A stretch of DNA of 64,000 bases from Auanema rhodensis (Eukaryota > Animalia > Nematoda): the NCBI GenBank assembly GCA_964057225.1, contig OZ059898.1, positions 20,894,001 to 20,958,000 on the forward strand, given 5' to 3'. Both the position numbers and the translations under genes were made by a program. Positions 55,851 to 64,000 of this stretch are shown piece by piece. Numbering within the stretch: the stretch's first letter is position 1; each line of letters opens with the position of its first letter. The notes under the pieces are model-generated. The model worked only from the letters and a program-made list of their open reading frames with translations, was not told the origin of the DNA and did not search any database.

Positions 55851-57706
55851 TTATATGTACACGTGATGTGCACTTGGTATGTAACTCGCTTCACGTGAAA
55901 GATAAAGAGATGCGGTTTTCAAAATTAGATTTCCCATGTCCATATTAGTCTAAAAACAAATTTTTATTGATATTGGTTCATGGTAACCATGACTTTAAAA
56001 TTTACGTGAACTTTAATTTATGCTAATTATATGTACACGTGATGTGCACTTGGTATGTAACTCGCTTCACGTGAAAGATAAAGAGATGCGGTTTTCAAAA
56101 TTAGATTTCCCATGTCCATATTAGTCTAAAAACAAATTTTTATTGATATTGGTTCATGGTAACCATGACTTTAAAATTTACGTGAACTTTAATTTATGCT
56201 AATTAAATGTACACGTGATGTGCACTTGGTATGTAACTCGCTTCACGTGAAAGATAAAGAGATGCGGTTTTCAAAATTAGATTCCCCATGTCCATATTAG
56301 TCTAAAAACAAAATTTTATTGATATTGGTTCATGGTAACCATGACTTTGAAATTTACGTGAATTTTAATTTATGCTAATTAAATGTACACGTGATGTGCA
56401 CTTGGTATGTAACTCGCTTCACGTGAAAGATAAAGAGATGCGGTTTTCAAAATTAGATTCCCCATGTCCATATTAGTCTACAAACAAATTTTCATTGATA
56501 TTGGTTCATGGTAACCATGACTTTGAAATTTACGTGAACTTTAATTTATGCTAATTAAATGTACACGTCATGTGCACTTGGTATGTAACTCGCTTCACGT
56601 GAAAGATAAAGAGATGCGGTTTTCAAAAGTAGATTCCCCATGTCCATATTAGTCTAAAAACAAATGTTTATTGATATTGGTGCATGGTAACCATGACTTT
56701 GAAATTTACGTGAACTTTAATTTATGCTAATTAAATGTACACGTGATGTGCACTTGGTATGTAACTCGCTTCACGTGAATGATAAAGAGATGCGGTTTTC
56801 AAAATTAGATTCCCCATGTCCATATTAGTCTAAAAACAAATTTTTATTGATATTGGTTCATGGTAACCATGACTTTGAAATTTACGTGAACTTTAATTTA
56901 TGCTAATTAAATGTACACGTGATGTGCACTTGGTATGTAACTCGCTTCACGTGAAAGATAAAGAGATGCGGTTTTCAAAATTAGATTCCATATGTCCATA
57001 TTAGTCTAAAAACAAATTTTTATTGATATTGGTTCATGGTACCCATGACTTTGAAATTTACGTGAACTTTAATTATGCTAATTAAATGTACAGGTAATGT
57101 GCACTTGGTATGTAACTCGCTTCACGTGAAAGATAAAGAGATGCGGTTTTCAAAATTAGATTCCCCATGTCCATATTAGTCTAAAAACAAATTTTTATTG
57201 ATATTGGTTCATGGTAACCATGACTTTGAAATTTACGTGAACTTTAATTTATGCTAATTAAATGTACACGTGATGTGCCCTTGGTATGTAACTCGCTTCA
57301 CGTGAAAGATAAAGAGATGCGGTTTTCAAAATTAGATTCCCCATGTCCATATTAGTCTAAAAACAAATTTTTATTGATATTGGTTCATGGTAACCATGAC
57401 TTTGAAATTTACGTGAACTTTAATTTATGCTAATTAAATGTACACGTGATGTGCACTTGGTATGTAACTCGCTTCACGTAAAAGATAAAGAGATGCGGTT
57501 TTCAAAATTAGATTTCCCATGTCCATATTAGTCTAAAAACAAATTTTTATTGATATTGGTTCATGATAACCATGACTTTGAAATTTACGTGAACTTTAAT
57601 TTATGCTAATTAAATGTACACGTGATGTGCACTTGGTAAGTAACTCGCTTCACGTGAAAGATAAAGAGATGCGGTTTTCAAAATTAGATTCCCCATGTCC
57701 ATATTA

Positions 57707-60700
57707 GTCTAAAAACAAATTTTGATTGATATTGGTTCATGGTAACCATGACTTTGAAATTTACGTGAATTTTAATTTATGCTAATTAAATGTACACGTG
57801 ATGTGCATTTGGTATGTAGCTCGCTTCACGTAAAAGATAAAGAGATGCGGTTTTCCAAATTAGATTTCCCATGTCCATATTAGTCTAAAAACAAATTTTT
57901 ATTGATATTGGTTCATGATAACCATGACTTTGAAATTTACGTGAACATTAATTTATGCTAATTAAATGTACACGTGATGTGCACTTGGTATGTAACTCGC
58001 TTCACGTGAAAGATAAAGAGATGCGGTTTTCAAATTTAGATTTCGCGTGTCCATATTAGTCTAAAAACAAATTTTGATTGATATTGGTGCATGGTAACCA
58101 TGACTTTGAAATTTACGTGAATTTTAATTTATGCTAATTAAATGTACACGTGATGTGCATTTGGTATGTAGCTCGCTTCACGTGAAAGAAAAAGAGATGC
58201 GGTTTTCAAAATTAGATTCCCCATGTCCATATTAGTCTAAAAACAAATTTTTATTGATATTGGTTCATGGTAACCATGACTTTGAAATTTACGTGAACTT
58301 TAATTTATGCTAATTAAATGTACACGTGATGTGCATTTGGTATGTAGCTCGCTTCACGTGAAAGAAAAAGAGATGCGGTTTTCAAAATTAGATTCCCCAT
58401 GTCCATATTAGTCTAAAAACAAATTTTTATTGATATTGGTTCATGGTAACCATGACTTTGAAATTTACGTGAATTTTAATTTATGCTAATTAAATGTACA
58501 CGTGATGTGCATTTGGTATGTAGCTCGCTTCACGTGAAAGAAAAAGAGATGCGGTTTTCAAAATTAGATTCCCCATGTCCATATTAGTCTAAAAACAAAT
58601 TTTTATTGATATAGGTGCATGGTAACCATGACTTTGAAACTTACGTGAACTTTAATTTATGCTAATTAAATGTACACGTGATGTGCACTTGGTATGTAAC
58701 TCGCTTCACGTGAAAGATAAAGAGATGCGGTTTTTAAAATTAGATTCCCCATGTCCATATTAGTCTAAAAACAAATTTTTATTGATATTGGTTCATGGTA
58801 ACCATGACTTTGAAATTTACGTGAACTTTAATTTATGCTAATTAAATGTACACGTGATGTGCACTTGGTATGTAACTCGCTTCACGTGAAAGATAAAGAG
58901 ATGCGGTTTTCAAAATTAGATTCCTCATGTACATGTTAGTCTAAAAACAGATTTTTATTGATATTGGTTCATGGTAACCATGACTTTGAAATTTACGTGA
59001 ACATTAATTTATGCTAATTAAATGTACACGTGATGTGCACTTGGTATGTAACTCGCTTCACGTGAAAGATAAAGAGATGCGGTTTTCAAAATTAGATTCC
59101 CCATGTCCATATTAGTCTAAAAACAAATTTTTATTGATATTGGTTCATGGTAACCATGACTTTGAAATTTACGTGAACTTTAATTTATGCTAATTAAATG
59201 TACACGTGATGTGCACTTGGTACGTAACTAGCTTCACGTGAAAGATAAAGAGATGCGGTTTTCAAAATTAGATTTCCCATGTACATGTTAGTCTAAAAAC
59301 AAATTTTTATTGATATTGGTTCATGATAACCATGACTTTGAAATTTACGTGAACTTTAATTTATGCTAATTAAATGTACACGTGATGTGCACTTGGTATG
59401 TAACTCGCTTCACGTAAAAGATAAAGAGATGCGGTTTTCAAAATTAGATTTCCCATGTCCATGTTAGTCTAAAAACAAATTTTTATTGATATTGGTTCAT
59501 GGTAACCATGACTTTGAAATTTACGTGAACTTTAATTTATGCTAATTAAATGTACACGTGATGTGCACTTGGTATGTAACTCGCTTCACGTGAAAGATAA
59601 AGAGATGCGGTTTTTAAAATTAGATTCCCCATGTCCATATTAGTCTAAAAACAAATTTTTATTGATATTGGTGCATGGTAACCATGACTTTGAAATTTAC
59701 GTGAACTTTAATTTATGCTAATCAAATGTACACGTGATGTGCACTTGGTATGTAACTCGCTTCACGTGAAAGATAAAGAGATGCGGTTTTCAAAATTAGA
59801 TTCCCCATGTCAATATTAGTCTAAAAACAAATTTTTATTGATATTGGTTCATGATAACCATGACTTTGAAATTTACGTGAACTTTAATTTATGCTAATTA
59901 AATGTACACGTGATGTGCACTTGGTATGTAACTCGCTTCACGTAAAAGATAAAGAGATGCGGTTTTCAAAATTAGATTTCCCATGTCCATATTAGTCTAA
60001 AAACAAATTTTGATTGATATTGGTGCATGGTAACCATGACTTTGAAATTTACGTGAACTTTAATTTATGCTAATTAAATGTACACGTGATGTGCACTTGG
60101 TATGTAACTCGCTTCACGTGAATGATAAAGAGATGCGGTTTTCAAAATTAGATTCCCCATGTCCATATTAGTCTAAAAACAAATTTTTATTGATATTGGT
60201 TCATGGTAACCATGACTTTGAAATTTACGTGAATTTTAATTTATGCTAATTAAATGTACACGTGATGTGCATTTGGTATGTAGCTCGCTTCACGTGAAAG
60301 AAAAAGAGATGCGGTTTTCAAAATTAGATTCCCCATGTCCATATTAGTCTAAAAACAAATTTTTATTGATATTGGTTCATGATAACCATGACTTTGAAAT
60401 TTACGTGAACTTTAATTTATGCTAATTAAATGTACACGTGATGTGCACTTGGTATGTAACTCGCTTCACGTGAAAGATAAAGAGATGCGGTTTTTAAAAT
60501 TAGATTCCCCATGTCCATATTAGTCTAAAAACAAATTTTTATTGATATTGGTTCATGATAACCATGACTTTGAAATTTACGTGAACTTTAATTTATGCTA
60601 ATTAAATGTACACGTGATGTGCACTTGGTATGTAACTCGCTTCACGTAAAAGATAAAGAGATGCGGTTTTCAAAATTAGATTTCCCATGTCCATATCAGT

Positions 60701-62810
60701 CTAAAAACAAATTTTGATTGATATTGGTGCATGGTAACCATGACTTTGAAATTTACGTGAACTTTAATTTATGCTAATTAAATGTACACGTGATGTGCAC
60801 TTGGTATGTAACTCGCTTCACGTGAATGATAAAGAGATGCGGTTTTCAAAATTAGATTCCCCATGTCCATATTAGTCTAAAAACAAATTTTTATTGATAT
60901 TGGTTCATGGTAACCATGACTTTGAAATTTACGTGAATTTTAATTTATGCTAATTAAATGTACACGTGATGTGCATTTGGTATGTAGCTCGCTTCACGTG
61001 AAAGAAAAAGAGATGCGGTTTTCAAAATTAGATTCCCCATGTCCATATTAGTCTAAAAACAAATTTTTATTGATATTGGTGCATGGTAACCATGACTTTG
61101 AAACTTACGTGAACTTTAATTTATGCTAATTAAATGTACACGTGATGTGCACTTGGTATGTAACTCGCTTCACGTGAATGATAAAGAGATGCGGTTTTCA
61201 AAATTAGATTCCCCATGTCCATATTAGTCTAAAAACAAATTTTTATTGATATTGGTTCATGGTAACCATGACTTTGAAATTTACGTGAATTTTAATTTAT
61301 GCTAATTAAATGTACACGTGATGTGCACTTGGTATGTAACTCGCTTCACGTGAAAGATAAAGAGATGCGGTTTTCAAAATTAGATTCCCCATGTCCATAT
61401 TAGTCTAAAAACAAATTTTTATTGATATTGGTTCATGGTAACCATGACTTTGAAATTTACGTGAACTTTAATTTATGCTAATTAAATGTACACGTGATGT
61501 GCACTTGGTATGTAACTCGCTTCACGTGAAAGATAAAGAGATGCGGTTTTCAAAATTAGATTCCTCATGTACATGTTAGTCTAAAAACAAATTTTTATTG
61601 ATATTGGTTCATGGTAACCATGACTTTGAAATTTACGTGAACATTAATTTATGCTAATTAAATGTACACGTGATGTGCACTTGGTATGTAACTCGCTTCA
61701 CGTGAAAGATAAAGAGATGCGGTTTTCAAAATTAGATTCCCCATGTCCATATTAGTCTAAAAACAAATTTTTATTGATATTGGTTCATGGTAACCATGAC
61801 TTTGAAATTTACGTGAACTTTAATTTATGCTAATTAAATGTACACGTGATGTGCACTTGGTACGTAACTCGCTTCACATGAAAGATAAAGAGATGCGGTT
61901 TTCAAAATTAGATTTCCCATGTACATGTTAGTCTAAAAACAAATTTTTATTGATATTGGTTCATGGTAACCATGACTTTGAAATTTACGTGAACTTTAAT
62001 TTATGCTAATTAAATGTACACGTGATGTGCACTTGGTATGTAACTCGCTTCACGTGAAAGATAAAGAGATGCGGTTTTTAAAATTAGATTCCCCATGTCC
62101 ATATTAGTCTAAAAACAAATTTTTATTGATATTGGTGCATGGTAACCATGACTTTGAAATTTACGTGAACTTTAATTTATGCTAATCAAATGTACACGTG
62201 ATGTGCACTTGGTATGTAACTCGCTTCACGTGAAAGATAAAGAGATGCGGTTTTCAAAATTAGATTCCCCATGTCAATATTAGTCTAAAAACAAATTTTT
62301 ATTGATATTGGTTCATGATAACCATGACTTTGAAATTTACGTGAACTTTAATTTATGCTAATTAAATGTACACGTGATGTGCACTTGGTATGTAACTCGC
62401 TTCACGTGAAAGATAAAGAGATGCGGTTTTCAAAATTAGATTTCCCATGTCCATATTAGTCTAAAAACAAATTTTGATTGATATTGGTGCATGGTAACCA
62501 TGACTTTGAAATTTACGTGAACTTTAATTTATGCTAATTAAATGTACACGTGATGTGCACTTGGTATGTAACTCGCTTCACGTAAAAGATAAAGAGATGC
62601 GGTTTTCAAAATTAGATTTCCCATGTCCATATTAGTCTAAACACAAATTTTTATTGATATTGGTTCATGGTAACCATGACTTTGAAATTTACGTGAACTT
62701 TAATTTATGCTAATTAAATGTACACGTGATGTGCACTTGGTATGTAATTCGCTTCACGTGAAAGATAAAGAGATGCGGTTTTCAAAATTAGATTCCCCAT
62801 GTCCATATTA
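57707..62810 (+). repeat. Second stretch of variant domain B; ~60523-62790 is a near-identical copy of ~47152-49420 (offset 13371 bp)
   Basis: A8C (49271/62642) and 13 monomers with the same ordered variants; 13371=76x176-5, matching five intervening deletion monomers. A12G at 46283/58950 (72x176-5). Confidence 0.85.
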
Positions 62811-64000
62811 GTCTAAAAACAAATTTTTATTGATATTGGTGCTTGGTAACCATGACTTTGAAATTTACGTGAACTTTAATTTATGCTAATTAAATGTACA
62901 CGTGATGTGCACTTGGTATGTAACTCGTTTCACGTGAAAGATAAAGAGATGCGGTTTTCAAAATTAGATTCCCCATGTCCATATTAGTCTAAAAACAAAT
63001 TTTTATTGATATTGGTTCATGGTAACCATGACTTTGAAATTTACGTGAACTTTAATTTATGCTAATTAAATGTACACGTGATGTGCACTTGGTATGTAAC
63101 TCGCTTCACGTGAAAGATAAAGAGATGCGGTTTTCAAAATTAGATTCCTCATGTCCATATTAGTCTAAAAACAAATTTTTATTGATATTGGTGCTTGGTA
63201 ACCATGACTTTGAAATTTACGTGAACTTTAATTTATGCTAATTAAATGTACACGTGATGTGCACTTGGTATGTAACTCGCTTCACGTAAAAGATAAAGAG
63301 ATGCGGTTTTCAAAATTAGATTTCCCATGTCCATATTAGTCTAAAAACAAATTTTTATTGATATTGGTTCATGATAACCATGACTTTGAAATTTACGTGA
63401 ACTTTAATTTATGCTAATTAAATGTACACGTGATGTGCACTTGGTATGTAACTCGCTTCACGTGAAAGATAAAGAGATGCGGTTTTCAAAGTTAGATTCC
63501 CCATGTCCATATTAGTCTAAAAACAAATTTTGATTGATATTGGTGCATGGTAACCATGACTTTGAAATTTACGTGAACTTTAATTTATGCTAATTAAATG
63601 TACACGTGATGTGCACTTGGTATGTAACTCGCTTCACGTAAAAGATAAAGAGATGCGGTTTTCAAAATTAGATTTCCCATGTCCATATTAGTCTAAAAAC
63701 AAATTTTTATTGATATTGGTTCATGGTAACCATGACTTTGAAATTTACGTGAACTTTAATTTATGCTAATTAAATGTACACGTGATGTGCACTTGGTATG
63801 TAACTCGCTTCACGTGAACGATAAAGAGATGCGGTTTTCAAAATTAGATTTCCCATGTCCATATTAGTCTAAAAACAAATTTTTATTGATATTGGTTCAT
63901 GGTAACCATGACTTTGAAATTTACGTGAATTTTAATTTATGCTAATTAAATGTACACGTGATGTGCATTTGGTATGTAGCTCGCTTCACGTGAAAGAAAA

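Larger units (their letters stand above)
1..64000 (+). repeat. Tandem satellite DNA array, 176-bp monomer, 363 full copies + 134-bp partial, head-to-tail, running off both window ends; probable centromeric/heterochromatic major satellite
   Basis: GTCTAAAAAC recurs at 1, 177, 353 ... 1761 ... 63867. No non-satellite sequence or inverted monomer seen. Centromeric role is inferred only from nucleosome-scale monomer length, AT richness and homogeneity. Confidence 0.99.

Noticed and set aside
1-64000. CRISPR array
   Set aside because: No unique spacers between short repeats; the whole 176 bp is repeated, and there are no cas genes or leader.
1-64000. Transposon insertion, inversion or telomeric repeat within the array
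   Set aside because: Phase arithmetic (363x176-22) leaves no room for inserted sequence; all monomers are co-oriented; no TTAGG/TTAGGG/TTTAGGG tracts.
1-64000. Purely artefactual concatemer (rolling-circle or collapsed-assembly product)
   Set aside because: Variants are linked, ordered and hierarchically shared at exact monomer multiples, as expected from biological array evolution rather than random error. Individual block copy numbers still need read validation.

Overview
The whole 64,000-bp window is one uninterrupted, head-to-tail tandem array of an AT-rich (about 32% GC, 56/176 by hand count) 176-bp satellite. It holds 363 complete monomers plus a 134-bp partial (last monomer starts at 63867), all in the same orientation. 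Most monomers differ from the consensus by only a few substitutions. The only indel seen is one recurrent 1-bp T deletion in 22 monomers, which accounts exactly for the phase drift (363x176-22=63866). I found no genes, RNA genes, transposon insertions, inversions or unique sequence. The single 60-aa ORF is an accidental TAG->TGG readthrough of the repeat. Monomer size and homogeneity fit a eukaryotic centromeric or other major heterochromatic satellite, but I cannot assign the family or organism. I see no protein-coding system here; what is of interest is structural. (1) The monomer looks like a degenerate fold-back of two inverted 88-bp halves and is dense in local dyads. (2) It carries three ACGTGA cores spaced 33 and 32 bp apart, two of them full CACGTG E/G-boxes. 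(3) Several recurrent multi-base variants create perfect palindromes or direct repeats, which suggests templated mutation. (4) Shared rare variants show nested block duplications of many periods (4 to 76 monomers) and two interleaved variant domains. Variant names use position within the monomer (position 1 = G of GTCTAAAAAC, as at window position 1). All counts are by eye.
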